Below are positions 36,135-47,199 of a stretch of 64,000 bases of DNA, in pieces (within the stretch, counting starts at the first letter, position 1; each line of letters starts with the position of its first letter). Both the position numbers and the translations under genes were made by a program. Under the pieces are notes generated by a model, which was not told the DNA's origin, made no database searches, and saw only the letters and a list, made by a program, of their open reading frames with translations. Source of the stretch: Minutocellus sp. GHC0000111 (Eukaryota); contig OZ361256.1 of NCBI GenBank assembly GCA_977018835.1, forward strand, positions 2,728,001 through 2,792,000. The letters are read 5' to 3'.

Positions 36135-37895
36135 CTATCGCCCACCTGCCATCTGCTCCTTCTCCCAACTGTCATATTTGGCAAGCAAACCTGCCGTCAC
36201 ACTCTTCTTACTCTTTGATATCGCATCCTTGAAATCATTCAAATCAATCGGTCTCACATCCTGGGTTCGTGCATCTCGGATGTCATCCATCCCACCAAGA
36301 GATCGCAGCGGTCCAAATGCAGCCTCTTGAGCTATCGATGCGATATCTGAACACGAATATCCCTCTGTGAGTTTGACAAGCTGAGATATCTGACCAGATG
36401 TCTTGATGTTGTGATCCGACGCCTTATTCAACATATTTCGAAGCAAAGCCTTGCGTGCCTCGACATCGGGAAGAGGAATGTATATCCGACGCTGAAAACG
36501 TCTCATCACCGCATCATCGATATCCCAAGGGCAATTGGTGCATCCAATAACTAGCACGCGATGTTGCACGTCGAGGTCATCGGAGCCACCGCTGGCGACA
36601 CCATCGACTTGCACCATGAATTCTGTTTTGAATCTACGACTGGCCTCGTGTTCGCCCTCGGCCTTACGGCTGGATAGCAGGGCGTCAATCTCGTCAAAGA
36701 ACAAAATACTCGGTGCCACATCGGCCGCCATGCGGAAAAGTGTTCTCACGAGCTTCTCTCCCTCCCCGTGCCATTTGCTGGTCAATGCCGATGCCGTGCA
36801 TGCAAACAGAATGCACTGCGATTCATGCGCTACAGCCTTGACCAACATCGTCTTGCATGTTCCTGGAGGGGCATATAACAGTATACCCTTTGGCGGCGAA
36901 CGCAACCCAGTGTACAGATCTGGTCTCAGAAGCGGCAGTATGGCAGCCTCTTGGAGTGAACGCTTGGCATCGTCCAAACCCGACACATCCGACCATTTGA
37001 CCTTGACTTGAGACCCATCTACGTACAAATCATCCTTGATGGTTTTCACGAGCGGATCGTTGGCATAATCCAAATTGCTCCGCTTACGACGTTGGGGGCT
37101 GGTCTTTGCCGAGGTCGGTGAAGGGGATGCCGGACAAGATGCATGCTCATGCCTGGGCGAAGGTCGTTGCCTGGATGGATTGCTAATACTTTTCTTCTTT
37201 CGTCGACCAGCGTCCTCTTCCTCCGACGCCGCCTGTCGATGATTGTTTGAATTTGGTCTGGATTTGATCTCCTTCGGTGGCTGCTCTGAGCCCTGCCAAC
37301 CCGACAATGCCGAAGAAAAATAACTCGTGATACCCGCTGTTGCGGCATCAGCCGGTTTCGGCTTGGTATTTCCACCACCTTTCTTCTTTTGCTTTTCCAA
37401 CTTGGCCTTGACTCGTTCGGCATCGCTCAGTGCCACTCGGCACCGTTCTGCCACGGCCTCGCGGTCCAATCCAGGTCCATCATTTCCGCTATGTTTGCCG
37501 CCGCCGGCACCGGATCGTGTGGGAGATGCATTCACATATGATATCAACGCCTCGATGGACAGCTGATAGATCTCCAGCGATTGTTCCAAATCTCCAGATT
37601 TTTCCAATTGCTCGGCCTGATCGAGGCCACGGAGGGCTATCTTGACATTGTGATCACTGTTTGCAGGCGGGGAACGAGGTGCGCCTCCCGAAGTGGGACT
37701 TGAAGCCATTTTCGTGGGAGACGCGCGAGGTGAGGTGACTGGACGGACGCGGGCGGCGCAGGCCTCGGCGGCTGCTGCGGCTGACTGTCCTCGCATGGCG
37801 AGAGCATGCTGCATGTCGTAGCTGACGCGATCCTCTCGTCGATCGCCCTGGGCGGGACGGTCTCGGACGTTGCGGCCGCTGCCAAGTCTTCTCAT
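36135..37895 (-). CDS. Spastin-like MIT + AAA ATPase (Walker A altered)
   Basis: MIT-like helices; VKWSDVSGL, LLYAPPGTCKT, LTSKWHGEGEKLVR, FFDEIDALL, EHEASRRFKTEFMVQ, RRFQRRIYIPLPD. Confidence 0.85.
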   Translation of the reverse strand: MRRLGSGRNVRDRPAQGDRREDRVSYDMQHALAMRGQSAAAAAEACAARVRPVTSPRASPTKMASSPTSGGAPRSPPANSDHNVKIALRGLDQAEQLEKSGDLEQSLEIYQLSIEALISYVNASPTRSGAGGGKHSGNDGPGLDREAVAERCRVALSDAERVKAKLEKQKKKGGGNTKPKPADAATAGITSYFSSALSGWQGSEQPPKEIKSRPNSNNHRQAASEEEDAGRRKKKSISNPSRQRPSPRHEHASCPASPSPTSAKTSPQRRKRSNLDYANDPLVKTIKDDLYVDGSQVKVKWSDVSGLDDAKRSLQEAAILPLLRPDLYTGLRSPPKGILLYAPPGTCKTMLVKAVAHESQCILFACTASALTSKWHGEGEKLVRTLFRMAADVAPSILFFDEIDALLSSRKAEGEHEASRRFKTEFMVQVDGVASGGSDDLDVQHRVLVIGCTNCPWDIDDAVMRRFQRRIYIPLPDVEARKALLRNMLNKASDHNIKTSGQISQLVKLTEGYSCSDIASIAQEAAFGPLRSLGGMDDIRDARTQDVRPIDLNDFKDAISKSKKSVTAGLLAKYDSWEKEQMAGGR

Positions 37896-38134
37896 GGTTT
37901 TCTGCTGAAAAAATGAGAGGCACGAGATAAAAAGGCATGAGAGATGTGAGAGAAAATTCTCCGAGTTTAACTTTTTCCGGCAATAAAGCATCACAATTCG
38001 AAATGCCTCCTGTCTCGCTTCCAGCACTTATTCCACTGACTCAGTGCTGCAAGGGAACCAAGAGTGCTGATACTAGCTAGTACAAAATTATGGCGTTACA
38101 TCGGCGGCATACCGCCGTCGATGCGTTTGCGCCG

Positions 38135-39357
38135 ATGGTATATCATGTGTTCGTTTTTGTGCTGATTGTCGCTACAGCATGCATAACAAAAGTTGCCGCC
38201 TTTTCCAATGCCGTTCCCAATGCTGCCCCTGTCGTACCATCCTCCATGCACAATGCTGCTAGCAGCAAGACAAAGATGCCAGCTGCTTTTGCGGCATTGC
38301 ACTCTGTATCTCCCAAAGTCACTGATGATGTAGATACACAAACTGACAGTCCGTCATCATTAATTTCGGAAGCACCGCAGCTGTCACTGCCGGTCGGTAA
38401 CCGGACAATTCGTCTGCCCAATAAACAGAAAACACGGATGCGGGTGTTCTATCCAGTTGACGAGGAGTATAGAAGAGAACCGGGTGATAAGGACTCACGC
38501 GCACCATATGGAACAGACGGACGTCGGCCATCATTGCTGGCACCCAAGACGAGTGGTTGCCTTTTGGATGCTCCCCTGGCCGATGTGAGCATGCATATAG
38601 CGGCAACCCAGCACTGGCCCATGTTGCTGTATTCGCATGGCATTGGGCATAATATGGACACCTGTGTCCTTCTGTTTGAGTTGTTGGCTTCCAAGGGTAT
38701 CATTGTTGGTGCTCTGGAGCATACCGATGGGACGGCGTCGCCATATACAACGAAATCGGACGGATCCCAGCTGAAATGTAGCGAATACATGATGACGGAT
38801 CGGCAGAAGTTGGCCAGAAGGGCCAGCGAACTGTTGGAAGCAGCGGAATATCTGCCAAAAGAGATATCATCTTGGATGCCTCGTGCTGATAACGAAGAGA
38901 GCGATGTTGGTACTAGTAACGGTAAAAGCATTGGTGAGAATTATCCCATAGTCATTTCCGGAAATGGCTTCGGAGGCAGTGCCGCTGTAATGGCAGCCAA
39001 TGGCGCATCTGCCGATTGCAACGTGGAGGGATTACTTTGCACGATCCTTCCCTGGGGCTGGGTTACGGGATGCTCCCGCCGAATGGTGCTGGGCAGTCTG
39101 GCCTTCCGACAGTAACATATGTCAGCGATCAGGCACGAAAAGCTGGGACTTTGTATGGAACAAGGACACTTCATGTAAAGGGAGCCAAGAAGGGAAGGAC
39201 AGGTAGCTTTACAGATGCACCGCTTTGGGGAGCGATTATTCGTAAAGCTTCTATGATTCACGAGGAGATGGTGGATAGCATGGCAACATTTCTGTGGACA
39301 AGGAATGCATCATCAAAAGCAATATCTGAAGGAAGCTTGATTGATGTAGTTCGATAA
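38135..39357 (+). CDS. Plastid-targeted PAF-acetylhydrolase-like alpha/beta hydrolase, likely inactive (frameshift near 39030)
   Basis: Signal + VAAF motif; RVFYP, PMLLYSHGIG, LASKGIIVGALEHTDGTA. One extra G at GAGGGATT joins the frames. Confidence 0.7.
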
Positions 39358-39547
39358 ACAAGTGCAGCATCTTTGTAACGTTGTAAATTGCTAGTTCTAA
39401 ATTGGTATATTCAAGTATTATCATCTGTTTTGCAAATTATATACATTTTTTTGGAATTGGTTAACATTGTCACGCCTCCTCTTTGGTTCTGGCATTGGCG
39501 TTTTTGATGCGTTTTTTTTAATGTACAAAATGTAGCCGGAAATTCCT

Positions 39548-40012
39548 CTAGATATCTCTGCAAATATCTTTGAGCATCACGGCGGAAGATGTAGCATCCT
39601 CCCGATTGACACTGCGGAGAGGATCAGTGACGAGAAAGGCAGTCAGGTCATTTATATCCCATGGTTCGCCTGTTTCGCTATCATTGCAACAATAGGAAGC
39701 GTTTGCGAGAACAGAAGAAGCCTCGAAGATGCAGACACTGCCAGCCGCTCCTCGGAGGTGGAGGCCGCGACTGATAGTGCGACCGATCGAAGCACCGGAC
39801 GCAGAATTGTCGCAGATCATGCAGGATTTCTTGAAGAGGTCCAGGGCAAAACTTTCTTTCTCGTCGTTCGACGTCGTTGACACTGTTTCGGTTGCGACAT
39901 TGTCGACCGAAGAAGAAGCCGCAGCAACATCGAAGTCATCACCAGAGGCGCGAGCGAAGGAGATGGCGCCAGCCGAGAGGACAGCCACAGCTTGGAAGAC
40001 GTATTTCACCAT
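39548..40012 (-). CDS. Small secreted Cys-containing protein
   Basis: 154-aa ORF with signal peptide; HLRG motif typical of diatom propeptides. Confidence 0.65.
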   Translation of the reverse strand: MVKYVFQAVAVLSAGAISFARASGDDFDVAAASSSVDNVATETVSTTSNDEKESFALDLFKKSCMICDNSASGASIGRTISRGLHLRGAAGSVCIFEASSVLANASYCCNDSETGEPWDINDLTAFLVTDPLRSVNREDATSSAVMLKDICRDI

Positions 40013-40431
40013 ATTTCTTCTGTGTTATGGGCGAATCAATGTAATGTCTGACTTAAACGAGAAGAAAGCGTCATTTCTTTCTGCTGCTACATTCTCGCTT
40101 GGAAGAATTCAGACGCACGCGTCAAATTCGCGTAGGTATATTGAAAATATATCTAAAAATTCAATGAGTTCAAATTCATGGATTGCAGTGCAAGCCAAAA
40201 TCTCATTTCAACCATGTCAGTGCACGCAAGGCAGGAGAGCACGAAGTCCGGCTGCTTGATGTAGATCTACCGGTAGCTATTCTTTGCTGATTTGTAATAT
40301 CTAGTCTAGCTAGTACATGTAGAGATCTGCCCGCCACTTTTTCTACAAATTTCGTCGCAACGACACCAGATCTACAGCAGCTTTAATTTATGTACATGTA
40401 CATGTAAGAATTTTATGATGAAAAGGAATCT

Positions 40432-42184
40432 TCAAATGGCAAGCCTTTGCTTGAACCGGTCAACCGAATTCTGGACATATGAATCATAATCTGGAATCTC
40501 CACACCACTTACGCGAACAGTCGGGACTGCAGATCCTCTTCCATCCAGCATTGCGATATGTGGAAGATTTCTTAACTCCTCCAACGCTTTAAGTCCAATT
40601 TCACTCGATATGCCAAGTCTCAACATGATTTCTTAACTCCTCCAACGCTTTAAGTCCAATTTCACTCGATATGCCAAGTCTCAACATGATTTCTTCTGCC
40701 GGTGCCCGATCCGCCAAGCCATCAGGGATAAGAAAATCACCCAACTGCATCTTTATTTGACTCTCTGACGGACTGTTGCTGCTTTCGCTCGCGATGCTTA
40801 GATTCGTTTGATGTGGAGTTCTCCTTGTTTGGAATTTCTTACTCACACTTCCAGAGCTTTCTGCCGACAGAGGAGCTCTCGATTTTTGCGCAAAATCTGC
40901 CGATGAAGAATCACTCACAGAATCATCAACAGCATCATCTTTCTTCGATTTGCGCCCCGTCTTCTTTAGCCGATATGCACGATTCTTTCGCTTTATGCGC
41001 TCCGATGTTTTACTGATATCCGTGCTCCCAACAGAGAGGGCGGAGATGATACTGCCGAGCGTCGATCCTTCCCCACCTGAGCTATCTTCATCCCCAGATT
41101 CCACTGTTGGCAACGTGGTATTGACCGCAGACTCGCCGTATTTTAATGGCGAATGGCTCGATTTCTTTTGGGATCCGCGGACAGGTGTTGCTGGATAGCT
41201 ATCAACTGCCGATGAAGCCAATGACGACACAGCGGATCGATTGTCAAAAGCTATCCTGGCCGGCGTCGACTGAGGGACGGCTGATGGATTTTGTCGATTC
41301 TCATTTCCGACAGCATTTCCATCTGTCTTATTCCGCTTTTCCTTCTTCTTGCCACGCTTTCGAAGTTTGCCCGTGAGTGATGATATGCGACTTCTCGTAC
41401 TGCCAATGGTTGATATGCTCATCCGACTCTTGGTGCTTCGGCCAGAAACAATCGATGATGCCAAATCGCTCACCCGATTTAAGCCGCTAAAGACACTTGC
41501 CGAGTCGTTATCGCCATGTTCTTTCCCTGTCGACTTTCTCTTCTTCTTTCGTTTAAATGGATTCTTCACCTTCCTTTTCTTTTTACTCTTCCCAGATATG
41601 TGGCTTTGATTATCATCAGCAATAGCTCGTCGTGATTGTTGTGTTCGTCGTCGCATGGGCGATTCCCCTCCTGCGTCGTCAAAGGTTATCCCGCTAACAA
41701 AAGTTGACGTCTCATCTGCGTCCTGCAGGGAATCATCCCGGCCTTGTCGCATGAGCTCCAAACCACTACTTCTTTGAGAAAAGAACGCTTCGTCAGACGC
41801 CAAGGGCAATGGAAGAGAAGTAGAATGACCACTCAAAACACTAATCGCATCGTCATTATTATGCTGAGCATGTAAAGCCAACAGATCATCGTTTGATGAC
41901 GAGTGGTTGCTTATGTTGACTCCTAGCAGTGGTTCTGCATCAATCGCACTATCAGGGTGATAAATCGGATGCTTAGCCTTGTTGCTCAACGTGGGTGTGT
42001 GCTGGTTTGTGTTTGCATTGCCTTCTTCGTTTGCTGCTAATTCTTTGGCGACCTCCGCTCCATCCGCCTCCTCTTCAATGAGGGGCAGGAGTGAGCCTAC
42101 GCCCAACGATCGGCTGCTGCTTACTGATGTCGCGCTAACGATACTACGGGCACTCCCTTCGCTTTGTACCGACCGTGCATCGCC
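40432..42184 (-). pseudogene. 5'-truncated Ser/Lys-rich protein gene disrupted by a 61-bp duplication
   Basis: Frame is open from 42184 with no 5' ATG and is bounded by the TAG of TTAGGG. The C-terminus is split by a 61-bp tandem duplication at 40566-40687. Confidence 0.65.
40566..40695. repeat. 61-bp tandem duplication with 8-bp GATTTCTT microhomology
   Basis: GATTTCTT occurs at 40566, 40627 and 40688; the two units are identical. Confidence 0.95.
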
Positions 42185-43212
42185 CTAACCCTAACCCAAG
42201 AAGAGCTATCAACTGCCGATGAAGCCAATGACGACACAGCGGATCGATTGTCAAAAGCTATCCTGGCCGGCGTCGACTGAGGGACGGCTGATGGATTTTG
42301 TCGATTCTCATTTCCGACAGCATTTCCATCTGTCTTATTCCGCTTTTCCTTCTTCTTGCCACGCTTTCGAAGTTTGCCCGTGAGTGATGATATGCGACTT
42401 CTCGTACTGCCAATGGTTGATATGCTCATCCGACTCTTGGTGCTTCGGCCAGAAACAATCGATGATGCCAAATCGCTCACCCGATTTAAGCCGCTAAAGA
42501 CACTTGCCGAGTCGTTATCGCCATGTTCTTTCCCTGTCGACTTTCTCTTCTTCTTTCGTTTAAATGGATTCTTCACCTTCCTTTTCTTTTTACTCTTCCC
42601 AGATATGTGGCTTTGATTATCATCAGCAATAGCTCGTCGTGATTGTTGTGTTCGTCGTCGCATGGGCGATTCCCCTCCTGCGTCGTCAAAGGTTATCCCG
42701 CTAACAAAAGTTGACGTCTCATCTGCGTCCTGCAGGGAATCATCCCGGCCTTGTCGCATGAGCTCCAAACCACTACTTCTTTGAGAAAAGAACGCTTCGT
42801 CAGACGCCAAGGGCAATGGAAGAGAAGTAGAATGACCACTCAAAACACTAATCGCATCGTCATTATTATGCTGAGCATGTAAAGCCAACAGATCATCGTT
42901 TGATGACGAGTGGTTGCTTATGTTGACTCCTAGCAGTGGTTCTGCATCAATCGCACTATCAGGGTGATAAATCGGATGCTTAGCCTTGTTGCTCAACGTG
43001 GGTGTGTGCTGGTTTGTGTTTGCATTGCCTTCTTCGTTTGCTGCTAATTCTTTGGCGACCTCCGCTCCATCCGCCTCCTCTTCAATGAGGGGCAGGAGTG
43101 AGCCTACGCCCAACGATCGGCTGCTGCTTACTGATGTCGTGCTAACGATACTACGGGCACTCCCTTCGCTTTGTACCGACCGTGCATCGCCCTAACCCTA
43201 ACCCAAGAAGAG
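41197..43212. repeat. 1007-bp tandem duplication
   Basis: 41197-42205 matches 42204-43212 (offset 1007) with a 2-bp AG overlap at the junction. One difference seen: gtcgCgcta vs gtcgTgcta. Confidence 0.95.
43190..43204 (+). repeat. Interstitial telomere-like sequence CCCTAACCCTAACCC (duplicated copy at 42183-42197)
   Basis: 2.5 perfect CCCTAA units located exactly at the junction of two truncated reading frames. Confidence 0.6.
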
Positions 43213-44552
43213 AAAGGCGCCAAAATATCACCCAAAGTTTCCCTTGCCGTATTTCCCGGCTTTGGAGGTGGCGTTCAAGCCAAGGGCGCACCGGTGCACA
43301 AATACGACGAATTATTCACCATCCCATCCTCAGCCATCATCACCTCCGAGTCGGTGACGAAGCGATTCATCATGTTCCAAGACAGGATCGACAAGATTGC
43401 CAATTCTGCCTTTCGTTTGCCATTGGCACGGCAAGATTTCGTCATTGCCTTGTATCTCATGGTGGAATGTTCCCTTGGTAAATCCAGTGAAATATGGCCC
43501 TATCTGCAGATACTGCCCGAGGATGTTCCTCGGTTGGACACGTTTGACGATGAAACGTTGGACATGCTGCAGGATGAGTATCTATCCTCCATGGCTCGAC
43601 ATTCCAAGTCGGAGTTGATGGTGGCATGGAACAAGGGCCAGTTGCAATCATTGACAACTGCCCTGGCCGAGATTTTCTCGAGGCAGCGCGGCACAAACGC
43701 GTGTACGAGGGATGTCTCACCTTTGAATCATTTCATCACTACGTGGCAATATCCAGCAGCAGGGCCATGATACTGAAAGATGGGAACAAATATCTCACAC
43801 CGTTGGCGGATATGATGAACCACATGCCGAAATACGATGGATCAGGAGGCCCGTTGAGCGAGCCGTTTGTGAACTTTCATACTCGGAATGAAGATGGATC
43901 GATCACCGTGCGTGCCGATCGGGAGGTTCCCAATGCTGGAGAACAGATATTCGAGGCATATGGAGACACGGACAATAGTCTTTACTTGGAAGTCTTTGGC
44001 TTTGTCCCACCAGACAACCCTTTCCACTGCGCCATGATTCCACGTGAGCACATTCCCCGTTACAAAGATGCAGAGGCCGCCTTCAAACAGATTGGCTGGA
44101 GCGAAATGCCAGATGTTTGCGTTTATTCGGATGGCACAATTGCCAGTGCTCAGGGAAGAGATTTGCTCGCCTTTGCGTCGGCAGATTCAGTAGAAGGTCA
44201 GCTAGAGCGTTGCATGGATGCCATTGAGTTCAAGGGTAAGGAAGGCGTTTCCGAAAGTTGCTTCAAATACACCGAGAGTGATAAAGCGATTGGCGCCTTG
44301 ACATTGGCGCTTGTGGCACAAGTGTACTGCAGTTCTTCGACAACCATTGAAGAAGATGGAGCTCTCTTGCGCCAACTTGAAAGATATCAAACGGAGAAGG
44401 CGATCGCCGTCAAGTTCCGTATGGAGGAAAAGAAGACGCTATTCAAGGCTGCATCTCTGGGCGCAGATGACGGTTCATTCACTTGCGATCAGTTTCAGTT
44501 TGACGAAGCAAAGAGTAAGAGTATGTTGGGGAATGCACATTTCTATTATTGA
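43205..44552 (+). pseudogene. SET-domain (Rubisco LSMT/SETD3-like) lysine methyltransferase, 5'-truncated, frameshift near 43675
   Basis: KGAKISPKV..GGGVQA, SEIWPYLQILP, LTPLADMMNH, GEQIFEAYG..DNSLYLEVFGF, TTIEED. No ATG before the SET start; a T4 run explains the frame change. Confidence 0.75.
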
Positions 44553-44598
44553 TAGACTTGATTTCTATTCATTTATGTACAAAGGCAAATCTATCCAT

Positions 44599-47126
44599 CT
44601 ACCTGTCCTTGGTGGGCATGGCGGCACGGCCAGCCCAAAGGATTGACCGCATGAGCTGATACATCAAGAAGACACTCCAAACGGAGCCGAGACCGGCCGC
44701 CTTGCCGAGATTCAATGCCCCGTGCTTGACGCGCATCATCCAGGCGGGCATGATGAAGAAGAAGGCGCCGTACATGCACCCGAGGAAATTGACATCCTCC
44801 TTCCCCAGGAGGACGCCCTCGGCGGACATGACGAGACCATGCAGGGCAAAGATGGCGGCCAGATGGGGCACGACGGCAACAATCTGCGAAACGACGGCGG
44901 TGTCGGTCGTCATGAGGCTGGATACAAATGGGATGGAGGTGGCGCAGAGGGCCGTGAAGAGGCCGAAGGCACCGCCGGCCTTGAGGAATTGGCGCGAGAA
45001 CTCGGCCAGAACATCGTGCGATTTCTTCCGCTGCTCGGCACCGGACGACGTGGCCTCGGCCTCTCTCTTGGCAGCTCGGCGGAGACGGTCCTGCTCTTCG
45101 AGGGCACCGGGCACAAAGGCCTGGGCGGCCAGGGTCAGGCTCTGGCTGAGGGGACACAGCGCGTCGAAGATGCCCAGCGCAATGGTCTGAGCGGCCATCC
45201 CCACGACGCCCATGCAGCTGCTCACCACGTGCGCCATGGACAGGAACAACGACACGCGGCCCACCGAGGTGGTGGTGACGGGAACGACGTACGGCAAGAA
45301 CTGCCTCACGGTACTCCTGGGCGGGAGGCGGAGGATGTGATGGGGCTCAAAGTTGTGCTCGGCGAGGAATCCGCGGGCCGAGATGGCATCATCGTCGGCA
45401 TCACCAGATGGTAAAGCGGCAGTCATATCCGCACCACCTCCACCACCGCCAACAGTTTGGGTCGACGAACGACGCCGCGAGAACATTCTTAACCTCCCAC
45501 CACTTCCCACCTTGGCTGCTTCCACGGTATCGTCATCCTCAACCACCTTGTTGTCCTTGACCCTGGGCTTGGCCTTGAGCAACCTCAGGAACAATCCGAC
45601 GGCGGCCATCTGCCCAATCGTCGTGGCCCAAGCCGCCCCGGCGGCACCGAACAACCATGGGCTGCTGGTCACGCCCACCAGACTCAGATCGCCCACCACG
45701 TTGAGTATGGCGGCGGCTCCCAGCACGAGGAGGGGGGTGGTGGTATCCTTGAGTCCGAGGCAGGCCGCCTGGGCGCTGCCCAACACGGCCGCGGCGGGAA
45801 ATCCCAGGGCCCGGATCCGCACGTACTGGACGGCCGGTTGGAACACTTCAGGGGGGGGAGGGAGCCCTTTCCGCTCAAAAGGGCGATGAGGGTCGGGGCC
45901 AGGGCGAAGAGGACGACGCCGAGGAGGGTGCCGGTGTGGAGGGAGATTTGGAGGGTCGAGAGCAGGATCTGGGCGGGACCGGCGGCGCTGCTGGTAGTGT
46001 CCTTGCCATTATCCTTGTCGTCGCTGTCGATGCCCACATTCGTTCCAGCACCAACCTTCGTCTTGGCGGCCGCCTGGGCGACAAAGTTGGTGGCCCCGAC
46101 GAAGAGAAAGGCCAGCAGGAGAGCCGAGTAGTTGACCACGGCAATGGCCGGGCTGAGGGCCGCCTGATGGGCCGTGGATTTGGCCAGGAGGCCCACCGAC
46201 GCCGTGTCGATGAGGGACAGGAGGGGATCGCACAGGTAGATGGCCGTTGCCGGGAGGGCAAACTTGACGATTTGCGACAGGGTGGGGATCTGGCACTGCG
46301 TTGTTGTTGATGATGCATCGACCTTGTCGTCATTTACGGACGGCACTTCCTCCTCCTTGCCGTCGTCATCAAGCGCGCCAAGAGGCGGGATGCCCTCGAT
46401 CCGGACGACATTGTTGTCGCCCTCCCTCACGACCGTTTCGATAAACAGCTGTTCGGCTGACTCGTGCTCGGCCAGATACGGGTCCAGATCGCCACCGAGG
46501 ACAGGCACGGACGATGCAATGGCGGTGGCAGATTCGTCCTGCTCGAGAGTTGCTGCTGCTTCCTCCTCCAGTGCCGTCGTCTTTGGACCCGAACCACCGG
46601 AATTCCAAAGTCCCTCCTCAATGATAGGGCCGGCGCCGTTGAGGATGAAATCGTTGGTAAACTCTCTGTTGAGGTAGTCCTCGTGATCTTCCAGTTCCAT
46701 CAGCGGGACGGCAACGTCGCTCGGAGTGGACGGACTGCAACTACTGCTGCTGGTGGATGGCGTGGCATAAGAGTTTTCGGGACCAGCCGAATTGTTTGCG
46801 GGTGCATTTTCCGGCGGACACCCACCGTCGCCGCCGCCGGTGGTCTGTCCCCCCACGTCGGTGGGATCCTTGAGCACCACCAGCGGCACCGTGCGGCGAT
46901 TGACACTTCTAATCCGATGATTCGACACAGCCTTGGTGGACGACGGGGGGACAAAGGCCATGGCCGAGGGCAAGGCAGGTGTCCGTGCGGTCATTTTGCA
47001 TTGCTGCTGCGAACTGCCGGAATTGTTTCGGGAGGCAGAGGAGGCAACGCCCAGGAACAGGGCCAAGACACAAACCGGTGAGGTGTGCGAACCGAAATGG
47101 GGCGAGCACGGGTGGAAAAGATGCAT
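44599..47126 (-). CDS. MATE family transporter, probably plastid (DTX46/EDS5-like); frameshift in C8 run near 45855
   Basis: IVKFALPATAIYLCDPLLSLIDTASVG, YVRIRALGFPAAAVLGSAQAACLGLKD, GAAGAAWAT; AMAFVPP transit motif. Confidence 0.85.
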
Positions 47127-47199
47127 CACGTAGGTCTGCTAAGAGGTCCTAAAGCTAAGCTAGATAGATATAGCTAGTAGAGGTTAATAGGACCTACGT

